Shown in pieces: positions 29,541 to 39,748 of a DNA stretch of 61,876 bases. The position numbers were made by a program, and so were the translations under genes. Where the stretch lies: the NCBI GenBank assembly GCA_051879415.1, contig JBJELZ010000063.1, positions 1-61,876 of the forward strand. Reading direction: 5' to 3'. A model generated the notes under the pieces. That model saw only the letters and a list, made by a program, of their open reading frames with translations, was not told the origin of the DNA and made no database searches. The first letter of the stretch is position 1. Each line of letters starts with the position of its first letter. Source of the stretch: Lachnospiraceae bacterium. Lineage in GTDB: Bacteria > Bacillota > Clostridia > Lachnospirales > Lachnospiraceae.

Positions 29541-30443
29541 ATGGGTTACCGGTCACGATTAAACAAATCCTTTGAGGGAGCTTTACGGCTTCCTCTTAAG
29601 GAATGTTCCAGATATGTGATGATCAGCGATTGTCATCGGGGAACAGGTGCCTCCAATGATAATTTTTTAAAAAACCAGAATCTTTATTATGCAGCACTGC
29701 AGCACTACTATCAAAATGGTTATACCTATATTGAATTGGGTGATGGCGACGAACTTTGGGAAAACAGGAATATCCATCAGATTATTGAAGCACATGATCG
29801 GGTTTTCCGGCTGTTGTCCTGTTTCCATCAGTCCGGCAGACTTTATATGCTATACGGAAATCATGACATGATGAAGAAGAATAGAAAATACATCACAAAA
29901 CAGTGTAACGCATACCGGTGTCCTGAAGGAAACTGTGGCGGAAAAGAATGTTCATGCTGCCCGGTGTCTCCCGGTATGAGATTTTCGGAAGGACTGATTC
30001 TTGAAAATGCTTCCGGTGTAAAGATTCCCGATCTTTATCTGACCCATGGTCATCAGGCAGATGCCCTGAATTCTGTTTTCTGGCGGGCTGCCTGCTTTCT
30101 GGTACGATATTTCTGGGAACCGCTGGAACGGTTTGGAGTCCTTGATCCGACCAGTGCTGCAAAAAATTATACGGTAAAGAAAAAGACAGAAAGGCGGTTA
30201 CAGCATTGGGCTGAAACTTCAGAGCATGTGCTGATTGCAGGGCATACACATCGTCCCGTACTATCGGAAGAAAACAGATTTTATTATAATTGTGGAAGCT
30301 GTGTTCATCCTTATGGAATAACATGTCTGGAGATAGAACAGTTGAAAATCAGTCTTGTAAAATGGTCCATAGCAACAAGACCGGACCGGAGTCTGTATGT
30401 GGTAAGGGAGATTCTTGCAGGTCCGGTGGAGCTGGGACGGTAG
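29541..30443 (+). CDS. Calcineurin-like metallophosphoesterase
   Basis: SDCH, GDGDE, GNHD, THGH and GHTH motifs. Confidence 0.88.
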   Translation: MGYRSRLNKSFEGALRLPLKECSRYVMISDCHRGTGASNDNFLKNQNLYYAALQHYYQNGYTYIELGDGDELWENRNIHQIIEAHDRVFRLLSCFHQSGRLYMLYGNHDMMKKNRKYITKQCNAYRCPEGNCGGKECSCCPVSPGMRFSEGLILENASGVKIPDLYLTHGHQADALNSVFWRAACFLVRYFWEPLERFGVLDPTSAAKNYTVKKKTERRLQHWAETSEHVLIAGHTHRPVLSEENRFYYNCGSCVHPYGITCLEIEQLKISLVKWSIATRPDRSLYVVREILAGPVELGR

Positions 30444-30675
30444 GTTCATTTCAGGTGTTTTTGTATCAGGTTGCACAGATAAGATGGTCTGAATGACGTT
30501 TGCACTAAGCGTTACGATGAGCCTCAAAAGGCATAAATCGTGTTCAGCAATGGCTTCCACGATTTATGGAGTCTCATCTCCACAGTGCAAAATGTCATTC
30601 AGACCATCTTATCTGTGCAACCTGACATGAAAGAATGTTGCAACCTGACATGAAAGAATGTGCAATGGACTTATG
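30439..30675 (-). repeat. Dispersed 214-bp palindromic element, copy B (with a 23-bp internal tandem duplication)
   Basis: Perfect 32-bp arms 30466-30497 / 30594-30625; shared core on the minus strand; duplication 30616-30638 = 30639-30661. Confidence 0.9.
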
Positions 30676-30804
30676 AACAAATATGAAAATGGAGCTTCCT
30701 GTGTCATGAAATGTGCTATAATGGATTTGGTTTGAAAGCTACAGGCAAAGCACTGGGATTGAAGATAGAGGGAAATTACTTTATGAGGGAGGAGAAAAAT
30801 ACAG

Positions 30805-31302
30805 ATGATAGAATTGAAAGAGGTAAGGACAGAAGAAGAGATTCAAAGAACGGCAGCACTTGCAAAGGAAATCTGGCAGCAGCATTTTACGCCGATTATC
30901 GGTGCAGACCAGGTGGCATATATGCTGGATAAATTTCAGAGTGCCAAAGCCATGAAACGGCAGATAGAGCAGGAAGGCTATACGTATCTGATGGCAGTGG
31001 AAGACGGTATACCGGTTGGTTATACAGGATTCAAAAGGGAGCAGGAGCGGATGTTTTTAAGCAAGCTCTATGTAAAAAAGGAGTATCGTAAAAAGGGAAT
31101 TTCCAGATTGATGTTTGAAGAAATCAGGAAACGTTCCGAAGGGCTGAAAAGTATTTATCTGACAGTGAATAAATACAATGACCAGACAATTGCAATCTAC
31201 CACCATATGGGATTTGTACAGATTGATGACGTAGTTACCGATATTGGCAGTGGATTTGTGATGGATGATTATATTCTTGAATTTGCGTTAAGAAATAATT
31301 AA
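30805..31302 (+). CDS. GNAT family N-acetyltransferase
   Basis: LSKLYV..EYRKKGIS, LTVNKYN and AIYHHMGF motifs. Confidence 0.88.
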   Translation: MIELKEVRTEEEIQRTAALAKEIWQQHFTPIIGADQVAYMLDKFQSAKAMKRQIEQEGYTYLMAVEDGIPVGYTGFKREQERMFLSKLYVKKEYRKKGISRLMFEEIRKRSEGLKSIYLTVNKYNDQTIAIYHHMGFVQIDDVVTDIGSGFVMDDYILEFALRNN

Positions 31303-31315
31303 ATAATACCGATAT
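31289..31315 (+). promoter_or_regulatory. Candidate sigma-28 (SigD/FliA) promoter
   Basis: TAAG-N15-ACCGATAT versus consensus TAAA-N15-GCCGATAT. Confidence 0.55.
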
Positions 31316-31389
31316 AATAGATAACCTATTTCAGCTAAAAAGGATTTTGGCTGTCATTTTTAATATTCCAAAGGAGCAAGGATGAGCCT

Positions 31390-32508
31390 ATGAATATTAC
31401 AATCGGTCGTTCCGGCACAATTTACTATGGGAATTGTGCCTCAAAGAATTATCAGTCTGATTCCGTTTACAATCAGGGAAAAGCAAATGGGGAAGATAGT
31501 GCTTCTTCCCTTAGAGAACTGTTGTCCGAAAAACGCAGAAAACAGAAAAGTACATCCGGATATGAAAAGATTTTGCAGACATCCTTCGAATATGGACAAT
31601 CCATCCGGACAGACCGTACCAATCAGAAAAAATCGGCTACAAAGCTGAAAAAACTGCGGTATAGTTTTAAGGCAGTTTCAACACAAATTATGCGCAGCAA
31701 AACCTCTGTCAGTGCAAAGCAGGTGGCAGGTAAGGCGAGGCGGGAGGTTGTCCGGCTGAAGCAGAAATTGACCAGCAGTGAATATGATCCGGAGGAAGTA
31801 CGGATTGCACTTACCCATGCACAGAAGATGGAGCGTGTAGCAAAGAAAAAAGTCAAGCATCTGATGGAAGAAGAGATGGTGAAGGTAACCGGTGGTCCCT
31901 GCGTCGGAGAATTGGAAGAAAGGGAAGAAGAACAAAAACAGATCCCGGAAGACATGCAGGAACAGATGCAGTCCTATCAGGAGATGATGCAGACACAGAT
32001 GGAACAGATGCAGCAGATGGCAGAGGCGTATCAGGAAGAAATGACTTCCGAAATGGATGATATGATGTCAGAACTGATGGAGGAAATGGAAGAATCCATG
32101 AAAGAGTTGCTGGAGGAATCCGGCTTAACTGATCTGATGGACAGCATGTTCGGTGGCACGGACATGGAGATGGATCCTGCAGATTATCAGATGATGAAAT
32201 TAAAACACCGGGCGAAGGAACTAAAAGAAATTGCAAAAGCAGATGCGGAATATCTGAAGGCTGTATTTGACAGACTGGAGAAGATGAAAGATGCGGCAAT
32301 GCAGGGAATGGATGGAACAAACCAGAATTCCAATGCAGGCATGATGAACCTTTCAGGAGGAATGACTTCTTCAGCCGGCACGGATAGTGCAGCAGAGATC
32401 ATTCGGGAATCCGACCGGTTTGCAGAAAGTGATATGACGGGTTCCGGTATGTCATCAGGCAGCATGCCTATGACAGCAGCAGGTGTGAGCTTCGACGTAT
32501 CTGTGTAA
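31390..32508 (+). CDS. Hypothetical coiled-coil protein (basic N-half, Met/Glu-rich C-half)
   Basis: 372-aa ORF with RBS; no recognisable motif. Confidence 0.75.
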   Translation: MNITIGRSGTIYYGNCASKNYQSDSVYNQGKANGEDSASSLRELLSEKRRKQKSTSGYEKILQTSFEYGQSIRTDRTNQKKSATKLKKLRYSFKAVSTQIMRSKTSVSAKQVAGKARREVVRLKQKLTSSEYDPEEVRIALTHAQKMERVAKKKVKHLMEEEMVKVTGGPCVGELEEREEEQKQIPEDMQEQMQSYQEMMQTQMEQMQQMAEAYQEEMTSEMDDMMSELMEEMEESMKELLEESGLTDLMDSMFGGTDMEMDPADYQMMKLKHRAKELKEIAKADAEYLKAVFDRLEKMKDAAMQGMDGTNQNSNAGMMNLSGGMTSSAGTDSAAEIIRESDRFAESDMTGSGMSSGSMPMTAAGVSFDVSV

Positions 32509-32517
32509 TTAAGATTT

Positions 32518-33207
32518 CTAATAAAAATAAGAAAATAAGATTGCCATAAATACGGTCAGTATTCCTGATACCGCGATGGACAGACCACTCATTGCTCCTT
32601 CAATCTCGCCCATTTCCATCGCTTTTGCCGTCCCCATGGCATGGGAGGCAGAGCCGATTCCCACGCCTTTGGCAATGGGATCTGTGATTTTAAATAGTCT
32701 GCATACGGGTTCAGCGATCATATTTCCAAACACGCCTGTAACGATAATTACTGCGACAGTAATGGATACATATCCGCCCAGCTCATCACATACGCCAATG
32801 CCGATTGCAGTTGTAATGGACTTGGGTAAAAAGGTAATGTATTCTTCGTGACTGAGTCCAAAGATGATGGACAAACCTAAAACCGAAACCATAGTTGTCA
32901 GGACACCGGAAAAAATTCCTGCAAAAATTGCTTTGACATTTTGCTTCAGTACTTCAAACTGCTCATATAATGGAATGGCTAAACAAATTGTGGCAGGTGT
33001 CATTAGATAGCTGATGTATTTTGCCCCGGCGTTGTATGTTTCATAAGGAATGTCAAGCACCAGTAAAGTTGCCAGTGTCAGGGTAATAGCGATCAGCAAT
33101 GGATTAAACAATGCAATTTTCCACTTTTTTTTACACCATATACCGATTTCATAGCTTAACAGACTTAAAAAAACTCCGAAAAATACAGATTCATTAAAAA
33201 ATTCCAT
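32518..33207 (-). CDS. lrgB: LrgB family protein
   Basis: PATICLAIPLY, PKSITTAIG and HAMGTAKA motifs. Confidence 0.9.
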   Translation of the reverse strand: MEFFNESVFFGVFLSLLSYEIGIWCKKKWKIALFNPLLIAITLTLATLLVLDIPYETYNAGAKYISYLMTPATICLAIPLYEQFEVLKQNVKAIFAGIFSGVLTTMVSVLGLSIIFGLSHEEYITFLPKSITTAIGIGVCDELGGYVSITVAVIIVTGVFGNMIAEPVCRLFKITDPIAKGVGIGSASHAMGTAKAMEMGEIEGAMSGLSIAVSGILTVFMAILFSYFY

Positions 33208-33211
33208 GGAA

Positions 33212-33562
33212 TTATTTCTTCCCCTTTTTTGAAAAATGCTGTGTTACCCTTCCGGCAACAATCATTACAATAACAGTTGTAATCATGGTAATCACCAGAT
33301 AGGGTACGAAAGCCGCTTTGATGATCCCCCAGGATTCCATCAATCCAACTGCCGCCGGTATAAACATGACAGGCATAATTTCCACCAGAAAATGCCCTGT
33401 TTCCTTTACAGCCTTATAAGGAACGATACCGGTGACCAGACCGATAAACAACAGCACAATTCCATAGATGCTTGCGGGAATCGGCAGCGGGATAAAATAA
33501 TTCAGTAACTCTCCTATACAGGAAAATAAGAGTATGACAAAAAACTGTAGCAGATATTTCAT
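33212..33562 (-). CDS. lrgA: CidA/LrgA family protein
   Basis: PIPASIYGIVLLF and MFIPAAVG; directly upstream of lrgB. Confidence 0.9.
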   Translation of the reverse strand: MKYLLQFFVILLFSCIGELLNYFIPLPIPASIYGIVLLFIGLVTGIVPYKAVKETGHFLVEIMPVMFIPAAVGLMESWGIIKAAFVPYLVITMITTVIVMIVAGRVTQHFSKKGKK

Positions 33563-33748
33563 GGGAACTCCTAAATTTCTAATATGTTTTATATTTTGCA
33601 CCTTTAATAATCTATATTAATTTAAAAAATATTGCAATAGATAATATTTCCTGTTCCTATGAAAAATTTGTAGAAATCCGGATTGTATTATAGGAGAGAA
33701 GTGCTACAATGAAACAAGAAAAGAATCAGGATTGGAGATGGATAGGAG

Positions 33749-34165
33749 ATGTGGTTATTATTTGCTATTCTGTCGGCAGTATTTGCAGCACTTACCTCAA
33801 TACTGGCAAAAGTTGGTATTGATGGGGTTAACTCAAATCTGGCAACAGCAGTAAGAACAGTTGTAGTTGTTATCATGGCATGGGGAATGGTATTTCTGAC
33901 CCATGCGCAGAGCGGATTGACGGAAATCAGCAAAAAGAGCTGGCTGTTTCTCATTTTGTCAGGACTGGCAACGGGGGCTTCCTGGCTTTGCTATTATAAG
34001 GCATTGCAGATGGGAGAGGCTTCAAAAGTTGTCCCGATTGACAAGCTCAGTGTCGTAATTACTTTAATTCTGGCTTTTGTTTTTCTGCATGAGACCTTCA
34101 ATGCAAAATCCTTAATTGGCTGTATTCTTATTGGGGTTGGAACCCTGGTGATGGTAATGGCGTGA
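33749..34165 (+). CDS. EamA/DMT family transporter (single domain)
   Basis: LAKVGI..VNSNLAT..RT and SKVVPIDKLS motifs. Confidence 0.9.
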   Translation: MWLLFAILSAVFAALTSILAKVGIDGVNSNLATAVRTVVVVIMAWGMVFLTHAQSGLTEISKKSWLFLILSGLATGASWLCYYKALQMGEASKVVPIDKLSVVITLILAFVFLHETFNAKSLIGCILIGVGTLVMVMA

Positions 34166-34199
34166 TGAAATGTTATGAAAAATATAAAACAGGGAATAC

Positions 34200-34228
34200 T
34201 TGAAATAGCTATTTGCATATGTTATACT
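34200..34228 (+). promoter_or_regulatory. SigA promoter of the putative antitoxin sRNA
   Basis: TTGAAA-N17-TATACT with extended TG; no ORF downstream on this strand. Confidence 0.7.
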
Positions 34229-34234
34229 AGCAGT

Positions 34235-34314
34235 AGCTAAGAAATGATATGAGCGTGCGTAAGCACAAAACGAAACCCCATGAGTTGCGACCTCGTGGGG
34301 TTTCTTCTCTTTTT
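34235..34314 (+). ncRNA. Putative type I antitoxin RNA (~80 nt)
   Basis: Promoter-to-terminator unit carrying direct-repeat copies (AAGAAATGATATGAG, CGTAAGCAC, TAGCTAA) of segments at the toxin start region, and therefore complementary to toxin mRNA. Confidence 0.7.
34272..34314. terminator. Bidirectional terminator shared by toxin and antitoxin transcripts
   Basis: GAAACCCCATGAG / CTCGTGGGGTTTC stem with an A-run before and a T-rich run after. Confidence 0.8.
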
Positions 34315-34335
34315 GAACGGTTGAGCATCCGCAGG

Positions 34336-34431
34336 CTAATTGTCGCTGTCGTTACCGTCTAGCCATTTACAGATATAGTAGCTAACTATACCTGCCGTGA
34401 CGGAAACAAGAAATGATATGAGGATTTCCAA
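34336..34431 (-). CDS. Type I toxin peptide, Fst/Ldr-like (MEILISFLVSVTAGIVSYYICKWLDGNDSDN, 31 aa); not in the ORF track
   Basis: TTG start, AAAGGGGG SD inside a GCACCC/GGGTGC hairpin, single TM helix followed by KWLD and a charged tail. Confidence 0.8.
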   Translation of the reverse strand: MEILISFLVSVTAGIVSYYICKWLDGNDSDN

Positions 34432-34478
34432 CGTAAGCACCCCCTTTCTGTTGCCAGATTGGGTGCGACAACATTGTA

Positions 34479-34487
34479 ATTATAGCA
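34479..34487 (-). promoter_or_regulatory. Extended -10 promoter of the toxin mRNA
   Basis: TGCTATAAT on the minus strand, ~48 nt upstream of the TTG. Confidence 0.65.
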
Positions 34488-34633
34488 TAGTTACTCAGGA
34501 AAATTTACTAAAAGTAGTTGATAATTTTTCACCGCAAAATATAATATTTATACAGATATGATTCTGTTGTACAAAGTACATGAATATTTGGGCTGGTCAA
34601 ATACAGGAGATTATTTTAAGGGGAACTTTGCAA

Positions 34634-34939
34634 ATGAATTTGTTCGAATTATGTACCAAATTAAATCACAGACATTCAGATCGTGGCTGGGTAAAAACAA
34701 CCGCCACATTTACGGGAAAGTATGAAAAGGCAGCTGTCAGAACCAAAGGCGGTTATCGGCAAAAGGATTATAATACATATCAATTCCGATATATGACGGA
34801 TAGCGGGGAGCAGTTTGGATGGCATATATTTTATCCGGTGCCTGATCCGGACATGGAAGAACTTCCTTTTATGAAATTGAATATACGATATCAACAGCGT
34901 AAACCATATATTTATGAGCAGGTTACGGATGATGAATAA
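34634..34939 (+). CDS. Hypothetical protein
   Basis: ORF with AGGGG RBS, overlapping the MATE start. Confidence 0.6.
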   Translation: MNLFELCTKLNHRHSDRGWVKTTATFTGKYEKAAVRTKGGYRQKDYNTYQFRYMTDSGEQFGWHIFYPVPDPDMEELPFMKLNIRYQQRKPYIYEQVTDDE

Positions 34940-36251
34940 TACATTGACGGAAGGTCCGATTATCAAAAATATGCTGCTTTTTGCATTGCCAATGATGCTT
35001 GGCAACTTTTTGCAGCAGATCTATAATCTTGCAGATATGTTTATTGTGGGGCAGTATATAGGTCCGGATGCTCTGGCAGCGGTAGGATCGGCATATACGC
35101 TTATGACATTTCTGACCTCTTTGATTATTGGGTTGTGCATGGGCAGCGGAGCATTATTTTCCAAGTGGTATGGTGCCGGGAAAACAGAGGAAATGAAACA
35201 GGACATCAAATTATCCTTCTGGTTTATCGGTGGGGTAACTTTGATGATTCTTTTGCTGGTATTTCCCGGAACAGACATTATTCTGCATCTGCTTTCCGTG
35301 CCGGATGATATTTATGATCTGATGCGCGGTTATGTGGAAATTATCTTTTGTGGAATCGGATTTATCTTCCTTTATAATTTTTTTGCTTATTTACTGCGTT
35401 CCATAGGAGATTCGAAAACTCCGCTCTGGTTTCTGGCATTGTCTTCTGTTACGAATATTGTTTTGGATCTTTATTTTGTGATTTCATTAAACTGGAGAAT
35501 ACCGGGTGCTGCCATTGCGACGGTTGTTTCACAGGGGCTTGCAGGAATCGGAATTACGATCTATACCATCTGTAAGAAGCCGGACCTATTAAAAACAGAA
35601 CAGAAAGTAAAATGGGAAAGATTACAGCTGATCATCAGGAATGATGTATTTACCGGTATGCAGCAGTCGGTGATGAATTTTGGAATTCTGATGATTCAGG
35701 GATTGGTGAACAGTTTTGGAACTGTCATTATGGCAGCATTTGCAGCTGCAGTTAAAATTGATACACTGGCTTATATGCCGGCGCAGGAATTTGGAAATGC
35801 TTATTCTTTATTTGTTTCCCAGAATTATGGTGCAAAAAAGAAGGAACGTATCCGGAAGGGAACCCGGGCTGCTATGCTGGTGTCCCTGGTCTTCTGTAGT
35901 CTGGTATCTGTCCTGATATGGCTGATTCCGGAGTATCTGATGCGATTTTTTGTGGAGGAAACGGAAACGGCAATTATCAGGGAGGGTGTCAGGTATCTGC
36001 GGATAGAAGGTTCTTTCTACGTCGGAATAGGATGCCTGTTTCTTCTGTACGGATATTATAGGGGAATCCAAAAGGCGGAAATGTCACTGGTGTTGACGAT
36101 CATATCACTTGGTACAAGAGTTATACTGGCTTATCTGCTGGCGCCTACGGCACTTGGAGTAACAGCGATCTGGTGGGCAGTTCCCATTGGATGGCTGCTG
36201 GCAGATCTGGTGGGAATCCTTAAGATGTCTAACGCCAGGCAACGGAATTGA
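34929..36251 (+). CDS. MATE family efflux transporter
   Basis: QQIYNLAD..IVG, GDSKTPL, NIVLD, GAAIAT and SQNYGA motifs. Confidence 0.92.
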   Translation: MMNNTLTEGPIIKNMLLFALPMMLGNFLQQIYNLADMFIVGQYIGPDALAAVGSAYTLMTFLTSLIIGLCMGSGALFSKWYGAGKTEEMKQDIKLSFWFIGGVTLMILLLVFPGTDIILHLLSVPDDIYDLMRGYVEIIFCGIGFIFLYNFFAYLLRSIGDSKTPLWFLALSSVTNIVLDLYFVISLNWRIPGAAIATVVSQGLAGIGITIYTICKKPDLLKTEQKVKWERLQLIIRNDVFTGMQQSVMNFGILMIQGLVNSFGTVIMAAFAAAVKIDTLAYMPAQEFGNAYSLFVSQNYGAKKKERIRKGTRAAMLVSLVFCSLVSVLIWLIPEYLMRFFVEETETAIIREGVRYLRIEGSFYVGIGCLFLLYGYYRGIQKAEMSLVLTIISLGTRVILAYLLAPTALGVTAIWWAVPIGWLLADLVGILKMSNARQRN

Positions 36252-36945
36252 ACTGGAATGTTGCCGGATTGTTCCGGGATTCGGTATATTCAAACATATC
36301 ACCATTTAAGTTATAACAACGGGAGGTAATGACTGCCACACAATCATAGTCTTCAATATTCATATATTTTTTGTCAATTTCGCTGATGTGTGCAATGGTG
36401 ATGCTGCGCTTAATGGTTCTGATTTCCATTCCCAGCTTTTTTTCAAAATAATCAAATAAGGAGCCGGAGGCAATCTGTGGGGTAAGACCGGGAATCAGAT
36501 CTTTGCGTAAGAGATTGGTGTCCAGGGATTTCACATGACCGTTTAAGGAACGGACCCGCTGGATAAAGTAAAGTTCTGTTCCTTCCGGAAAAAATGTCTT
36601 CTGGGATAAATGTTTGTCTGCAATGATATCGGTAAAGGTGATAACATTAGTGGTAACCCGGTATCCGTTTTTTTCGGCACTTTCTTTAAATCCGGCTGTG
36701 CCACTTCTGGTAAGGCTGTATTTTTGGGATTCATGATAGATGACGCGTACGCCTTTCCCATGATGAGGCTGTACCAGACCTTCTTCTACAAGAAAAGCGA
36801 TGGCACGCCTTATGGTATTGCGGGAACAGTTGTATTCTTTTACCAACGCATTTTCTGAAGGCAGATAATCTCCGGTTTCGTAGTCGTGAGACAGTATCTT
36901 TCGTTTCATTTTGGCATAGATTTCTTCATATTTAATCTGGGGCAT
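36229..36945 (-). CDS. GntR/HutC-family regulator with UTRA domain (TreR-like)
   Basis: LPSENAL..EY.CSRNTIRRA wHTH, GKGVRV, and C-terminal FEYTESR. Confidence 0.85.
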   Translation of the reverse strand: MPQIKYEEIYAKMKRKILSHDYETGDYLPSENALVKEYNCSRNTIRRAIAFLVEEGLVQPHHGKGVRVIYHESQKYSLTRSGTAGFKESAEKNGYRVTTNVITFTDIIADKHLSQKTFFPEGTELYFIQRVRSLNGHVKSLDTNLLRKDLIPGLTPQIASGSLFDYFEKKLGMEIRTIKRSITIAHISEIDKKYMNIEDYDCVAVITSRCYNLNGDMFEYTESRNNPATFQFNSVAWR

Positions 36946-37090
36946 ACATTTCCTCTTTTCTGTTCTAATAAAGTATTCAAACTTCCCATATTATTATTTT
37001 AAACGGTAGCCAAAAGCGGAGTACTTTTCAGACACGCTCCCGCTTCGACGAATCATAATCATATGGTAGCATACTGCATTGACTTGTTCA

Positions 37091-37106
37091 ACTTGTTTGA
37101 ACAAGT
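37091..37106. promoter_or_regulatory. Candidate GntR/TreR operator
   Basis: Near-palindrome ACTTGTTTGAACAAGT abutting the -35 of a minus-strand promoter (TTGAAC-N17-TACCAT). Confidence 0.6.
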
Positions 37107-37233
37107 ATGTTGTATATGTACAAAAACGACAATAAAATTCTAGTGAGTTGTGCCGATTGACGAAAAACCTTCTTTTCGGTAAGATTAGTTATAGAAAAGT
37201 TCACAGGCCATGATTTTTGAAGGGTTGTAATTC

Positions 37234-38085
37234 ATGCAGATTATAAAAGTATTCAACAACAACGTAGTCAGTTCTACGGATGAGAAGAACAGAGAAATCA
37301 TGGTTCTTGGTAAAGGAATCGGTTTCCAGAAAAAACCGGGAGAAGTGATTGAAGAAAGCAAAGTAGAAAAGATTTTTCGATTACCCAGTGACATTGATCC
37401 GGATCGAAAGTCCTATTTTCAAAGCCTGGTGGAAGAGATTCCCTACGAGTACATTAAGTACACCAATGAGATTGTAAAGTGGGCGACAGAAGTTCTTGGG
37501 AAAAAGCTGAACCGGAACATCTACATTACCTTAACGGATCATATCTATTACGCAGTAGACCGGTGCAGGCAGAATATTGAAATTCATAATGCCATGCTTT
37601 TTGAAATCAAGAGCTTTTATAAATCCGAATTTTTGCTGGGGCTTCGGGCAGTGGAGCACATCAACAAGCTGGAAAATGTGAATCTACCGGAAGACGAGGC
37701 CGGATTTATTGCTCTCCATATTGTGAATGCGGAATCGGATGCGACCATGAATCAGGTAATGAGCATGCCGGGGATGTTAAAAGACATTATAAGCATTGTG
37801 CGGATGTCGATTGGCGGAGAGATTAACGAGCAGAGCATTGAATATGAAAGATTTGTGGTACATCTAAAATACATGCTCAGGAGAACGATGGAAGATGTGG
37901 CATATTCCGGAATTCAGGAAGGGTTGTTCGCGGAGTTTTGCAACAAGGAGAAACATGCATACAGTATCGCCAAAAAGATTCAAAAGTATATGCATGAAAA
38001 GGTAAACAAGGAAATACCGGAAGAAGAAATGGTTTATCTGATGGTTCATTTATCCCGGATTAAAAATTACGGAATGAAGCATTAG
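37234..38085 (+). CDS. licT: BglG/LicT family transcriptional antiterminator
   Basis: IIKVFNNNVV..GKGIGF CAT domain; PRD motifs LTDHI, EAGFIALH, RFVVHL and YLMVH. Confidence 0.92.
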   Translation: MQIIKVFNNNVVSSTDEKNREIMVLGKGIGFQKKPGEVIEESKVEKIFRLPSDIDPDRKSYFQSLVEEIPYEYIKYTNEIVKWATEVLGKKLNRNIYITLTDHIYYAVDRCRQNIEIHNAMLFEIKSFYKSEFLLGLRAVEHINKLENVNLPEDEAGFIALHIVNAESDATMNQVMSMPGMLKDIISIVRMSIGGEINEQSIEYERFVVHLKYMLRRTMEDVAYSGIQEGLFAEFCNKEKHAYSIAKKIQKYMHEKVNKEIPEEEMVYLMVHLSRIKNYGMKH

Positions 38086-38118
38086 AGGAATAAGAAAATA
38101 GAATAACGATTTCGTAAG

Positions 38119-38194
38119 GGATTGTTACATTAAGTTGGCATGACCCAGGTGAAAAGATAGGAACTCCTATGTTTTTCGTCTGGGTTTTTTATTT
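38119..38194 (+). promoter_or_regulatory. RAT antiterminator overlapping an intrinsic terminator
   Basis: GGATTGTTAC...GGCATGACCC RAT-like sequence; its 3' end is the 5' arm of the ACCCAGGTGAAAA...TTTTCGTCTGGGT-TTTTT terminator. Confidence 0.88.
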
Positions 38195-38202
38195 GAAAAT
38201 AG

Positions 38203-39654
<1,452 letters not shown>

Positions 39655-39665
39655 TCAAAATAATA

Positions 39666-39698
39666 CAGTAATTGGCCGTGGCCGGGTGACAATTACTG
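39666..39698 (+). other. Intercistronic stem-loop (possible mRNA stabiliser or processing site)
   Basis: CAGTAATTG / CAATTACTG stem with no U-tract. Confidence 0.5.
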
Positions 39699-39748
39699 AT
39701 TAGAAAAGAAAAGTAAAACAAGAACAAAGAAAAAAGGAGGACAAAAGA

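Noticed and set aside
32518..33562. lrgAB as a prophage holin/antiholin module
   Set aside because: No phage genes nearby; LrgAB/CidAB are ordinary chromosomal membrane proteins.
37013..37046. Hairpin AAGCGGAG...CTCCCGCTT containing TTTTCAGACACGCTC in the GntR leader
   Set aside because: It could be an IS/MITE end remnant or a leader hairpin, but it is single-copy here with no partner end or recognisable riboswitch consensus.
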